Shown piece by piece: positions 10,432 through 22,977 of a stretch of DNA of 64,000 nt. The stretch's first letter is position 1; every line of letters starts with the position of its first letter. The stretch is taken from the NCBI GenBank assembly GCA_039822745.1, contig JBCBMN010000001.1, positions 300-64,299 of the forward strand. Reading direction: 5' to 3'. Below the pieces are notes generated by a model. That model did no database searches. It was not told where the DNA came from and saw nothing but the letters and a program-made list of their open reading frames with translations. The translations under genes were made by a program, and so were the position numbers. Source of the stretch: Pseudomonadota bacterium. Its GTDB lineage: Bacteria; Pseudomonadota; Alphaproteobacteria; Sphingomonadales; Sphingomonadaceae.

Positions 10432-10546
10432 TCCTGCGCATCAGCGCGCATCATTGTCCTGACTTGTCGCGTAACTTTTTAAGCTGTGAGCATTTGCATT
10501 TTTCGCGAATGACACAAGCGAGACTGTCCGCTAGATCGCAGGCCAA

Positions 10547-12364
10547 ATGACTGATCTTTCAAAAATCCGCAATTTTTCGATTATCGCGCATATCGACCAC
10601 GGCAAATCTACGCTGGCAGACCGGCTGATCCAGTTCACCGGCGGCTTGACCCAACGCGAAATGTCCGAGCAAGTGCTTGATAACATGGATATTGAGCGTG
10701 AGCGTGGCATCACGATCAAAGCGCAGACCGTGCGCCTTAACTACACCGCCAAGGATGGCGAGACCTATCAGCTCAACCTGATGGATACGCCGGGCCATGT
10801 CGACTTTGCCTATGAAGTCTCGCGCAGCCTCGCCGCGTGTGAAGGCGCGTTGCTGGTTGTGGACGCTGCACAAGGGGTCGAAGCGCAGACGCTGGCCAAT
10901 GTCTATCAGTCGATCGAGCACGATCATGAGATCGTTCCCGTCATCAACAAGGTTGATTTGCCCGCTGCTGAGCCAGAGCGGGTCAAGGAAGAGATCGAAG
11001 AGGTGATCGGTCTGGATGCTTCGGAAGCGGTGCTTTCCAGCGCCAAGACCGGGATCGGGATCGAAGAAGTGCTCGAGGCAGTGGTCGCCAAAATCCCCGC
11101 GCCCTCCGGTGAGCGCGACAAGCCGCTAAAAGCCAGTCTGGTGGATAGCTGGTATGATCCGTATCTCGGTGTCGTAATCCTTGTCCGCGTGATTGAGGGA
11201 GCGCTCACAAGGGGTCAGAACATCCGCTTCATGCAGGGCGGCACCCAGCACCTGGTTGACCGCGTCGGCTGCTTCACACCCAAGCGCACCGATCTTGAAG
11301 AACTGGGGCCGGGCGAGATCGGCTTCATCACAGCCCAGATCAAAGAGGTTGAGCAAGCCCGCGTGGGTGACACGATCACCACGGTAAAAGCCGGGGCAGA
11401 CCAAGCACTGCCGGGCTATAAGGAAGTGCAACCGGTCGTTTTCTGCGGGCTCTTCCCGGTCGATGCCGCTGATTTCGAGAAATTGCGCGAGAGCATCGGC
11501 AAACTGCGCCTCAACGATGCAAGCTTCTCGTTCGAGATGGAAAGTTCTGCGGCGCTGGGCTTTGGTTTTCGCTGCGGGTTTCTGGGACTGCTGCACCTTG
11601 AGATTATTCAGGAGCGCCTGAGCCGCGAGTACGATCTTGATCTCATCACGACCGCGCCATCAGTCGTCTATCGCGTGCATCTCGCCAAGACCAAGACCGA
11701 GGGTGAGGCGACCATCGACATACACAATCCGGCGGACTGGCCCGATGTGAACCGCATTCAGGTTGTCGAGGAGCCCTGGATTAAGGCAGTGATCTACACG
11801 CCCGATGAATATCTCGGCGCGATCCTCAAGCTGTGTCAGGACCGGCGCGGCATCCAGACCCAGCTCACTTATGTGGGCGGTCGCGCACAGGTGACCTACG
11901 AACTGCCGCTCAATGAAGTGGTGTTCGATTTCTATGACCGCCTGAAGTCGATCAGCCGCGGCTATGCGAGTTTTGACTATGAGCAGATTGGCCTGCGCGA
12001 AGGCGATCTGGTCAAGATGAACATCCTTGTGAACAATGAGCCGGTCGATGCGCTCTCGCTGATCGTCCACCGCTCGGTGGCCGAGGAACGCGGGCGCGGC
12101 ATGTGCGAGCGCTTGAAAGACCTGATCCCGCGCCACTTGTTCAAGATCCCGATTCAGGCCGCGCTTGGCGGCAAAATCATCGCGCGTGAAACCATCGCGG
12201 CACTGCGCAAGGATGTGACGGCGAAGTGTTATGGTGGTGACATCAGCCGCAAGAAAAAGCTCTTGGAGAAGCAGAAGAAGGGCAAGGCGAAGATGCGCGA
12301 ATACGGCAATGTCAGCATCCCGCAGGAAGCCTTTATCGCGGCACTTCGGATGGGCGAGGAATAA
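10547..12364 (+). CDS. lepA: Translation elongation factor 4
   Basis: [28 protein letters not shown] and C-terminal [18 protein letters not shown]. Confidence 0.99.
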   Translation: MTDLSKIRNFSIIAHIDHGKSTLADRLIQFTGGLTQREMSEQVLDNMDIERERGITIKAQTVRLNYTAKDGETYQLNLMDTPGHVDFAYEVSRSLAACEGALLVVDAAQGVEAQTLANVYQSIEHDHEIVPVINKVDLPAAEPERVKEEIEEVIGLDASEAVLSSAKTGIGIEEVLEAVVAKIPAPSGERDKPLKASLVDSWYDPYLGVVILVRVIEGALTRGQNIRFMQGGTQHLVDRVGCFTPKRTDLEELGPGEIGFITAQIKEVEQARVGDTITTVKAGADQALPGYKEVQPVVFCGLFPVDAADFEKLRESIGKLRLNDASFSFEMESSAALGFGFRCGFLGLLHLEIIQERLSREYDLDLITTAPSVVYRVHLAKTKTEGEATIDIHNPADWPDVNRIQVVEEPWIKAVIYTPDEYLGAILKLCQDRRGIQTQLTYVGGRAQVTYELPLNEVVFDFYDRLKSISRGYASFDYEQIGLREGDLVKMNILVNNEPVDALSLIVHRSVAEERGRGMCERLKDLIPRHLFKIPIQAALGGKIIARETIAALRKDVTAKCYGGDISRKKKLLEKQKKGKAKMREYGNVSIPQEAFIAALRMGEE

Positions 12365-12400
12365 CCTCCAGCTTCAATTCCGCGCTGAACAAAACAGTCA

Positions 12401-12434
12401 AACCTACCGCACTGATAAGTCCGTGCGGTAGGTT
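12401..12434. terminator. 12-bp stem-loop downstream of lepA, probable terminator or transcript stabiliser
   Basis: AACCTACCGCAC-N10-GTGCGGTAGGTT perfect inverted repeat; no strong U tract. Confidence 0.55.
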
Positions 12435-12530
12435 GAACTATGACAAATCGGCGAGAACCTGTGCGGCTCAAATTGTCTTCAAAATGTAACAATACGCACT
12501 GTTGCTTGTCGAACTGATTCAGCCAAAAAA

Positions 12531-12553
12531 AATGTCACATGACTGGTGACATT
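12531..12553. promoter_or_regulatory. Palindromic candidate transcription-factor site upstream of the CsgG-like pair
   Basis: AATGTCAC-N7-GTGACATT, about 50 bp before ATG 12605 in an AT-rich intergenic region. Confidence 0.45.
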
Positions 12554-12604
12554 CTTGCCTCTTTCGCGTTAGTTAGTCTCAGGCGTTAATTCAGGGGGCT
12601 ATCA

Positions 12605-13507
12605 ATGTTTAAGAGGTTAGTCGTTGCATTCTGCGCGATGTTTCTTGCTGTTCCGGCATTTGCGCAAGACAAGCCAATCGTCGGTATCGCAGAAATGACC
12701 GACCTGGCCCAGACAGGTCAGACCGATACGTTTGTTGCGATGCTGGAAACCGCCATCGTTTCAAGCGGCAAGTTCAACATTATCGAACGCTCACAATTGG
12801 CAACGCTGATGAAAGAGCAGGGGCTCGCTTCGAATGGCGTCGTGCGCACAAAGCGTCCAGGCCAAACGGGCGGTTTCGAGGCAGTCGACTATCTTGTATA
12901 TGGCTCAATTACGTCTGTCTCGGCGGAAAACCGGTCGAGCATTACGAGCATGTTCGAGGGCATGTTGCAGCCCAGCAACGGGAATGAACCGTGCCGCAAG
13001 ACCCGTGTCCGCATGGAAGTCGACATCAAAATTACCGATGTGAGCACTGGGCAGATCAGCTACGCTGACCGCATCAGCCAAATTCAGGATTCGGCCACAT
13101 TTTGTGGGTCTGGCACGAAGGTTGACCGGTCCGAGCTGTTCCGCACCTCCGCAGATGCGATTGCGACGGGTTTGGTGACAGCCATTTACCCGATCCAGCT
13201 TGCTGCGGCGCAGAATGATGGAAGTCTGATCCTCAACTTTGGCAAAGGCGCCGTTGAGGTGGCAGACTTCCTGATGTTCTATGGCGAAAGCAGCACGATC
13301 CCTGATCCTTCGGGGAATGGCACAATTACCATTGATGGTGCGGAAATCGGCGCAATTCAGGTGATCGATGTGCAAAACTCGTTCTCGCGTGCGGTTCAAG
13401 TCACAAACTTCTGCTCAACACCACCGATTGGTGCCATAGCGCGCCCGACTGATAAGAAAGTGGTGAAAGAAATGCAGAAGGCCGATCGCAAGAAGAAGCG
13501 ATGCTAG
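12605..13507 (+). CDS. CsgG/HfaB-family secreted protein with FlgT-like C-terminal domain
   Basis: Signal peptide (AVPAFA-Q); FNIIERSQLATLMKEQGL, DYLVYGSITS and DIKITDVSTGQI are typical of the CsgG/TolB_N fold. Confidence 0.72.
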   Translation: MFKRLVVAFCAMFLAVPAFAQDKPIVGIAEMTDLAQTGQTDTFVAMLETAIVSSGKFNIIERSQLATLMKEQGLASNGVVRTKRPGQTGGFEAVDYLVYGSITSVSAENRSSITSMFEGMLQPSNGNEPCRKTRVRMEVDIKITDVSTGQISYADRISQIQDSATFCGSGTKVDRSELFRTSADAIATGLVTAIYPIQLAAAQNDGSLILNFGKGAVEVADFLMFYGESSTIPDPSGNGTITIDGAEIGAIQVIDVQNSFSRAVQVTNFCSTPPIGAIARPTDKKVVKEMQKADRKKKRC

Positions 13508-13530
13508 TCTTGAGTGCCGGAGGGACGTCC

Positions 13531-14454
13531 ATGGTTAGGTTTGTGCAATCCTTCTTGTATGCTGTCTTGGGCTTTTTTGGCTTGGCTGTTGCTTCGCAAG
13601 CGGTCGCCCAAGGGCGTACCCCGGTCAATGTCGGCTCAATAACGTCGACCCAAACATGCGTGTATTTCCGCACCTATGAAGGCGAATCGCTGCGGTACAG
13701 CGAAGCGGAATATGCGCGGGTTTGGGGCGCGGCGGCAGCGCGGCGCTTCTATTTGTCGCACACAACTTGGAGGAGTTCGGTCGAAGAAGACTGTCGCGAG
13801 AACTTCATCAATCTGCGCAAGACGTTGGAAGCCGCTCTAGCATCCACGGGCAAACTTACTTCGGGGCGTGGTGGCTACACGATTGACCTTGTCATTTCCG
13901 ACATTGGACAAACACCTCCTGCGCAAAGTCGACCTGTTCAAGGCGGGCTCGACTACAGTTTGAGCTGGGGTAAAGCGAAGGTGACGTTGTCGTACACGCT
14001 CAAAGATCGCAGCGGCGCTGCTGTTGACGGTGGCGTAATGACCAAAGAAATCACCATGTCGCAGGCGATCAACACCGCTGGTTTCACCTCCACGACTGTC
14101 GAGCCGGGTGATCTGGTCTATGATCTGGTTCAGAACGAAGTGGCGATGACGCTCGCCCGCAAGGTGGCATTCGAGATTGAGCCTTTGCGTGTTATTGCGG
14201 TCGAGAATGATCTGATCGAGGTCAATTACGGAGACCCGCTCCTTTCTTTGGGTGATCAGATTGACGTTCGCAAGACGCGGGGCATAGGCGTGATACGGTA
14301 CCGGGTAACCCAGGCGCTGTCGGATTCGTCTATAGCTGAGGCTCAAGGCAATATGAGCTATGAAGATATCGACGCAGGCAATCTGGTCACTTTCATCGAG
14401 AAAGACAGCGATGCGGCCAATGCGCCGGTGATGAAGGGTAAAAAGCTTCCATAG
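13531..14454 (+). CDS. Secreted protein, distant paralogue of the upstream CsgG-like protein
   Basis: GGAGGG RBS and signal peptide; LEAALASTGKL resembles LETAIVSSGKF; C-terminal IEVNYG resembles LILNFG. Confidence 0.6.
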   Translation: MVRFVQSFLYAVLGFFGLAVASQAVAQGRTPVNVGSITSTQTCVYFRTYEGESLRYSEAEYARVWGAAAARRFYLSHTTWRSSVEEDCRENFINLRKTLEAALASTGKLTSGRGGYTIDLVISDIGQTPPAQSRPVQGGLDYSLSWGKAKVTLSYTLKDRSGAAVDGGVMTKEITMSQAINTAGFTSTTVEPGDLVYDLVQNEVAMTLARKVAFEIEPLRVIAVENDLIEVNYGDPLLSLGDQIDVRKTRGIGVIRYRVTQALSDSSIAEAQGNMSYEDIDAGNLVTFIEKDSDAANAPVMKGKKLP

Positions 14455-14656
14455 CCAGATTTGGCTGAGCGAGCGGTTCTTCTCGCCGTGGCGCGCTAGA
14501 CGTACCGCGCCGACGATCGTGTCGCGTTTCAGGTATGCCGGCTACTGTGCTGTGATCAAACTTTCACGCTATGGCCTGCCTGTGCTGGGGATGACCACAA
14601 GGTAGGCTTGTCAACTTCACTTGGCGTTCACGCATGCGCTGGCTATACCGCGCGTC

Positions 14657-15448
14657 ATGACCAAGCTTCGCACTCAGATTACCCGCGCCGCATTTCTTGG
14701 CGCAGCCGTTTTTGCAACCACCGCATGCGGCGGTGGCTCCGCGAACAAGGACGTCGCCTATGTCGCGCGCGACGTCGAATCGCTCTATGCCGAGGCACAG
14801 CGTCGGCTTGATGGCGGCAACACGCTGCTGGCGGCGGCACTGTTTGACGAAGTGGAGCGCCAGCACCCGTATTCGCCTTGGGCGCGCCGGGCGCAGTTGA
14901 TGAGTGCATTCTGCTATTACATTGCCCGCGATTACAACAAGGCTATCGCAAACTCGCAGCGTTTCCTCTCGATCCATCCGGGTAACAAGGATGCGCCGTA
15001 TGCCTATTATCTGATCGGACTGAGTTATTACGAGCAGATTTCTGACGTGAACCGCGATCAGAAGATCACCGAACAAGCGCAAACCGCACTGCGCGAAGTC
15101 AATCGCCGCTTTCCGCAGACCGAATATGCGGCTGATGCGCGCCTGAAACTTGACCTTGTGGCCGATCACCTTGCGGGCAAGGAGATGGAGATCGGGCGCC
15201 ACTATCAGCGCTCTGGCCAATGGCTCGCGGCCAGTCTTCGGTTCCGCAATGTGCTGGAGAAATTCCAGACAACCAGCCACACCGCCGAAGCGCTCTACCG
15301 CCTGACGGAGAGCAGCCTGGCGCTTGGTATTCCGGACGAAGCGGTAAAGTACTCGGCGGTGTTGGGCGCCAACTATCCCGGATCAAAATGGTATGAGCGC
15401 GCCTTCGAACTGATCGAAGATCATGCGAGTGGTGTAAAACCCAGCTAA
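14657..15448 (+). CDS. bamD: Outer membrane protein assembly factor BamD
   Basis: Lipobox TTAC, HPYSPWARRAQL, YYEQISDVNRDQ and LAGKEMEIGR; lies upstream of recN. Confidence 0.96.
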   Translation: MTKLRTQITRAAFLGAAVFATTACGGGSANKDVAYVARDVESLYAEAQRRLDGGNTLLAAALFDEVERQHPYSPWARRAQLMSAFCYYIARDYNKAIANSQRFLSIHPGNKDAPYAYYLIGLSYYEQISDVNRDQKITEQAQTALREVNRRFPQTEYAADARLKLDLVADHLAGKEMEIGRHYQRSGQWLAASLRFRNVLEKFQTTSHTAEALYRLTESSLALGIPDEAVKYSAVLGANYPGSKWYERAFELIEDHASGVKPS

Positions 15449-15502
15449 GCGCGGCCCAAGCCTAGGTGACGCGCAGGCGCTGAGAGGGTAGGTATTGGCG
15501 CA

Positions 15503-17170
15503 ATGCTTACCCGTCTTTCTATCCGCAATATTGTTCTGATCGAGGCGCTTGATCTCGATTTTGCGCGCGGGCTGGGTGTGCTCACGGGTGAGACGGGGGC
15601 GGGTAAGTCGATCCTGCTCGATGCGCTGGGTCTGGTGCTTGGAGACCGCGCCGAAACGCGGCTTGTGCGATCGGGCGAGGCTAAGGCCAGCGTTACGGCG
15701 AGTTTCGAATTTGAAAGCCTGCCCGCGCTTATCAGCGATGCTCTGGACGATGCTGATATTGATATCGAGCCGGGAGAGCCGCTGCTTATCCGCCGTCAGG
15801 TCAAGGCCGATGGCGGGTCCAAGGCCTTCGTCAACGATCAACCGGTCAGCGCGGCGCTCTTGCGCGAATTGGCTCCGGCGCTGGTTGAGCTGCACGGCCA
15901 GCACGATGATCGCGGCCTGGTGAACCCGCGCGGCCATATGGCTTTGCTGGACCGTTATGCCGGGACCGATCTGGACGGGCTGCGCGCGCGTTTCGCGGCA
16001 TGGGCCAAAGCCGAAGCGGTGCTGGCCGATGCCCGCGCGCAGGTTGAAAAGGCCAAGGCGGATGAAGAATTGCTGCGCGCGCATCTGGAGGAGTTGGAGA
16101 CGCTTGAACCGCAGCGCGGGGAAGAGGCTGAACTCGCCGCGATGCGCACCGATATGCAGAAAGGCGAGAAACTCTCCGGCGATCTCGAAGAGCTGCGCCA
16201 TATCTGGGAAGGTTCGGATTCGCCGCTCGCCAATCTTCGGGTCGCCGCGCGCAAGCTTGATCGGATCGCCGAGCAGCACCCTTTGCTCACCGAAGCACTG
16301 GCCTCGCTAGATCGCGCGGTGATCGAAGCGGGCGAGGCGGAGGAGAAGCTGGAGGCCGCTGCGCAGGCTCTGGTGCATGACCCGGCCGCGCTTGATGCGG
16401 CGGAAACGCGGCTGTTCGAACTGCGCGCTTTGGCTCGCAAGCATCGCTGCGAAGCCGATGCGCTGCCTGGCCTGATGGTCGAAATGCGCGGGAAGCTTGA
16501 TGCGATTGAGGGCGGTGAAGCGCATCTGGGCGCGCTCGAAAAAGCCGCGCAGGACGCGCGCGATGCCTATGCCAAGGCCGCTGAAAAAGCCTCGGGCGTG
16601 CGCACGAAAGCGGCGAAGAAGCTCGACAAGGCGGTGGCTGACGAACTCGCACCGCTGAAACTGGATGCTGCGCGGTTCCAGACTGCTATCACGCCGCTGC
16701 CGGAAGAACGCTGGGGCGCTTTGGGCAGCGATGCGGTCGAATTTCTGATCTCCACCAATCCCGGCTCTCAATTCGCGCCGCTGGCCAAGATTGCGTCAGG
16801 CGGAGAATTGTCGCGCTTCATCCTCGCGCTCAAGGTGGCGCTGGCCGAAAAGGGCGGGGCGGGGACCATCATTTTCGACGAGATAGACCGCGGTGTAGGC
16901 GGCGCGGTTGCCTCTGCCATTGGCGAGCGTCTGGCCCGGCTTGCCGCGGAAGAAGGGCAATTGCTCGCCGTCACCCACTCGCCGCAAGTCGCCGCACGCG
17001 GCAGCCTGCATTACCTCATCGCCAAATCGTCCAGCGGCACAGTCACCAAGACAGGCGTCGTTGAACTGGACCCAACCGGTCGCCAAGAAGAGATAGCGCG
17101 GATGCTTTCGGGGGCAGAAATCACCTCCGAAGCGCGCGCTCAGGCAGATCGATTGTTGGAGGGGGTGTGA
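15503..17170 (+). CDS. recN: DNA repair protein RecN
   Basis: TGETGAGKS, HGQHD, ASGGELSR, FDEID and VTHSPQVA. Confidence 0.98.
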   Translation: MLTRLSIRNIVLIEALDLDFARGLGVLTGETGAGKSILLDALGLVLGDRAETRLVRSGEAKASVTASFEFESLPALISDALDDADIDIEPGEPLLIRRQVKADGGSKAFVNDQPVSAALLRELAPALVELHGQHDDRGLVNPRGHMALLDRYAGTDLDGLRARFAAWAKAEAVLADARAQVEKAKADEELLRAHLEELETLEPQRGEEAELAAMRTDMQKGEKLSGDLEELRHIWEGSDSPLANLRVAARKLDRIAEQHPLLTEALASLDRAVIEAGEAEEKLEAAAQALVHDPAALDAAETRLFELRALARKHRCEADALPGLMVEMRGKLDAIEGGEAHLGALEKAAQDARDAYAKAAEKASGVRTKAAKKLDKAVADELAPLKLDAARFQTAITPLPEERWGALGSDAVEFLISTNPGSQFAPLAKIASGGELSRFILALKVALAEKGGAGTIIFDEIDRGVGGAVASAIGERLARLAAEEGQLLAVTHSPQVAARGSLHYLIAKSSSGTVTKTGVVELDPTGRQEEIARMLSGAEITSEARAQADRLLEGV

Positions 17171-17171
17171 G

Positions 17172-20050
<2,879 letters not shown>

Positions 20051-20072
20051 TCGCGGACCTGAGGGGGATCAC

Positions 20073-20729
20073 ATGAAAGTTCTGTACGAGAGCGAGCGAC
20101 TTGGCGGACTGTTCCTGATGCTGGGCGCTGCTTCGCTGTTGTTCATTATCGTTGAATATATCATTCTTTCGTCAGGCGCGCCTGGTTTAGACGACCTGCC
20201 GGAACGCGCGGCGTACTATTTGGAACGCTACCCCTCCTTCGCCCGCGGATGGCATTTCGAATTGGTGGCGATGGCGCTGGTTGGCGCGGGCGCTCTGGTG
20301 CGGCTCGACAGCCCGGCCAAGGCGGGATGGGCGGTTGTGGCAATCGGTGTGGCCGCGGTGCTTCCGATGTACCCGCTGATGATCGGGGGCTACCCTCCTG
20401 TTCTGGAAGCCGCGCAAGAGGACGTGCTGGCGTACAAGGTTCTCAATGAGATCGCCTGGGAGATATTTATTGCTGGCAACATGATCCTCAATTTGGGCGT
20501 GGCCCTTGCCTTTTGGTTGGAATGCGGAGCGTCCCCACAGCGCCCACCGCGCTGGCTTATGTGGATCGGCTTTGGCGCCAATCTGATCGCGGGGCTCGGC
20601 ATGATGGCGATGCATGCGGGACTGCCGGTCCAAATCAGCATGGCGGGACCATTTGCACTGCTCGGCTTTCTTGTTCTGGCGGTGTTCGGCGCGTTTCAGG
20701 CTTTCAAGCGCGCTCCTGCGTCCGAATGA
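20073..20729 (+). CDS. Hypothetical multi-pass membrane protein
   Basis: About 6 hydrophobic segments; GAGGGGG RBS; ATGA overlap with the next gene. Confidence 0.7.
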   Translation: MKVLYESERLGGLFLMLGAASLLFIIVEYIILSSGAPGLDDLPERAAYYLERYPSFARGWHFELVAMALVGAGALVRLDSPAKAGWAVVAIGVAAVLPMYPLMIGGYPPVLEAAQEDVLAYKVLNEIAWEIFIAGNMILNLGVALAFWLECGASPQRPPRWLMWIGFGANLIAGLGMMAMHAGLPVQISMAGPFALLGFLVLAVFGAFQAFKRAPASE

Positions 20730-21226
20730 CGCTCCTCCGCGATCTCCACCCGCAGGCCGCTCGCATTGCGGATGCTCTTCGCGCGCGGCGGGAGAAGGCG
20801 GCGGTGGCGGACGGCGCCACGGGCGGCCTGATCATGGCAAGCCTGCTGACAGTGCCCGGTGCGCTCAAGTTCTTTGTTGGCGGGGGCGTGGTGTATTCGT
20901 TCAAGGCGCGCGACGTGCTCTTTGATCTGCCTGCCGAAGCCTATGAGGGCATGACATCTGCGACCGAGGAATATGCCCTGCTTCAAGCGCGCGGCATTCG
21001 TGACAGGCTGGGCGCGCAATGGGGGATTGCCGAGAGCGGATCAGCCGGGTCGAGCAAACATCCGCTCGGCGTGGTTTCTGGGCGCAGCGTTGCGGCCGTG
21101 GTCGGGCCGGATATTGAGCGGATCGCCGTGGTCGAGACGCAAAGCGATGATCGCATCGCCAATATGGAAAGCTTCACCAGAAACGCGCTCGACCTGCTGG
21201 AGGCGACGCTGGCAGCGCAGGCCTAG
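20726..21226 (+). CDS. CinA/PncC C-terminal domain family protein (divergent active site)
   Basis: ADGATGGL aligns with AESCTGG; GGVVYS and AESGSAG also match the family. Confidence 0.85.
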   Translation: MTLLRDLHPQAARIADALRARREKAAVADGATGGLIMASLLTVPGALKFFVGGGVVYSFKARDVLFDLPAEAYEGMTSATEEYALLQARGIRDRLGAQWGIAESGSAGSSKHPLGVVSGRSVAAVVGPDIERIAVVETQSDDRIANMESFTRNALDLLEATLAAQA

Positions 21227-21268
21227 CGGGCGCGCCTCAGAAAAATTCTCCAGAAAAATCGAAAGGCC

Positions 21269-21295
21269 TGTCGAATCCGTCTTGCGGGCTGCGTC
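21269..21295 (+). promoter_or_regulatory. ECF42-type promoter upstream of yciI-ECF42
   Basis: TGTCGA-N17-CGTC matches the reported ECF42 promoter (-35 TGTCGA, -10 CGTC/CGAC) and lies upstream of its own operon. Confidence 0.65.
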
Positions 21296-21346
21296 TTGGT
21301 GTCAGAGCCTCGCCACAAAGGCGCGGCCAAAGATGGAGAACATCTG

Positions 21347-21706
21347 ATGCAATACATGTTGCTGATTAATGAGAGCGAAGACGCCTATGCAGGCGAAGAC
21401 GGCGGGGCTGTGATGGAAGCGACCCTTGCTGGCCATATGGCGCTGATCGAAAAGCTCACAGCCAGCGGAAAGGAATGGTCAGGCAATCGGCTCAAGGAAG
21501 CCGCGACTGCGACCACGATCCGTTACAAGGCCGGCGAGGGCGCACTGCATGATGGGCCTTTCGCGGAAACGCATGAAGAGCTTGGCGGGTATTATGTCGT
21601 CGAGGCCGATAGCCTTGATGAAGCGATCGAATGGGCGCGGATGATCCCGATCCCCGGCGATGGCGCAGTCGAAGTCCGTCCGATCTGGCCGGATGAGGAT
21701 ATGTAA
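21347..21706 (+). CDS. YciI/DGPF family protein
   Basis: MQYMLLI, DGPFAETHEELGGYY and VEVRP. Confidence 0.93.
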   Translation: MQYMLLINESEDAYAGEDGGAVMEATLAGHMALIEKLTASGKEWSGNRLKEAATATTIRYKAGEGALHDGPFAETHEELGGYYVVEADSLDEAIEWARMIPIPGDGAVEVRPIWPDEDM

Positions 21707-22977
21707 TGGCGGATGCGCCCGGAAACTCTGGTACTGCACCAATGGCTCCGGGCGCATCTCTCTCACATGCGCTGAGTGAGGCGCGGCCGCTTGTCATGGC
21801 GGCGCTGGCCTCGCATCTGCGCGATCTTGATGCGGCACAAGAGGCCTTTGCCGAGGCGTGCATTGCGCTCACTCAAAGCGAGACGGTGCCCGAAAATCTG
21901 GCCGCGTGGCTGATCGCCGTGGGTAAGCGCAAGGCTGTCGATGCGATCCGCAGGCGAGAGGCGCAGGCTCGGGCGGCGGATAGTGCGGCGTATCTCGAGC
22001 ACCCGGAAGGATCAGATATGGGCGAGGTAATCGAACTGCCCGAACCCATTACCGATGAGCGTTTGCGGCTGATCTTTATCTGCTGCCACCCGGCGCTGGC
22101 GCTGGAGGCACGCGCTGCCTTGGCGCTCAAAGTGATTTGCGGGCTGCCGGTGGAGGCCATCGCGCGGCTATTCCTGACCACTGAGCCCACCATGTATCAG
22201 CGCATCACGCGGGCGAAGACGAAAATCCGCGAAGCGCAGGTGGAGTTCGAACTGCCCCCACGTCGCGTGTGGGGAGAGCGGTTGGAAGCAGTACTGTTGA
22301 CGCTCGAACTTGCTTACACGGTTGCTTATCAGGATGCAGGTGGGACGCAGCCCGTCAATGAAGGCGGCGAATTGGCAGAGGAGGTGGAACGTCTGGCAAG
22401 GATGCTGGTCGAGCTATTGCCTCAGGAACCCGAGGTTCTGGGCATCGCGGCTTTGGTTACTTTGGCGCGGTCTCGCGAAGCGGCGCGGATTGATCGAGAT
22501 GGGGCGATGGTGCCGTTATCGGAGCAGGACACGGCTCAATGGGACCGGCAGCGCATAGAGCAAGCGCGCCAATGGCTCGATCAGGCGAGCGCTGGGCAGC
22601 AGACTGGTCCCTATCAGATCATGGCCGCGATCCAATTGACCCATGCGCGGCGGCTGTTTGACGGCACAGTCGATTGGCGCGCGGTGCTGGCCTTGTACAA
22701 CGCGCTTGAAATGGTGAGGCCGGGTCCGATGGTCGCCCTAAATCGGATCATGGCACTGGCCGAGGTGGAAGGAGCGCAAGCATCGCTCAATGAATTGGCT
22801 GACTTGCCGGCGGGCCGCTTGAGTTCAACCAGACCATTTCATGTCGCCTGCGCGCGATTGCTCGAAACCTCTGGGCGCACCTTCGACGCGCTCGAAGCGC
22901 TGGACAAGGCACTTGCGCTTGATCCTTCGCAGGCCGAACGGCGGTATCTGGAAAGGTGGCGCGCCCGGCTCAGTTAG
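21706..22977 (+). CDS. ECF42-group RNA polymerase sigma factor with TPR-like C-terminal extension
   Basis: DERLRLIFICCHPAL, QRITRAK, LSEQDTAQWD, GPYQIMAAI and VALNR; coupled to yciI. Confidence 0.9.
   Translation: MADAPGNSGTAPMAPGASLSHALSEARPLVMAALASHLRDLDAAQEAFAEACIALTQSETVPENLAAWLIAVGKRKAVDAIRRREAQARAADSAAYLEHPEGSDMGEVIELPEPITDERLRLIFICCHPALALEARAALALKVICGLPVEAIARLFLTTEPTMYQRITRAKTKIREAQVEFELPPRRVWGERLEAVLLTLELAYTVAYQDAGGTQPVNEGGELAEEVERLARMLVELLPQEPEVLGIAALVTLARSREAARIDRDGAMVPLSEQDTAQWDRQRIEQARQWLDQASAGQQTGPYQIMAAIQLTHARRLFDGTVDWRAVLALYNALEMVRPGPMVALNRIMALAEVEGAQASLNELADLPAGRLSSTRPFHVACARLLETSGRTFDALEALDKALALDPSQAERRYLERWRARLS

Noticed and set aside
12525-12532. A8 homopolymer as a phase-variation tract
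   Set aside because: It is short and lies in an AT-rich promoter region, so it cannot be supported without read-level variation data.
15449-15502. LexA box upstream of recN
   Set aside because: No GTTC-N7-GTTC or GAAC-N7-GAAC was seen in the bamD-recN spacer.
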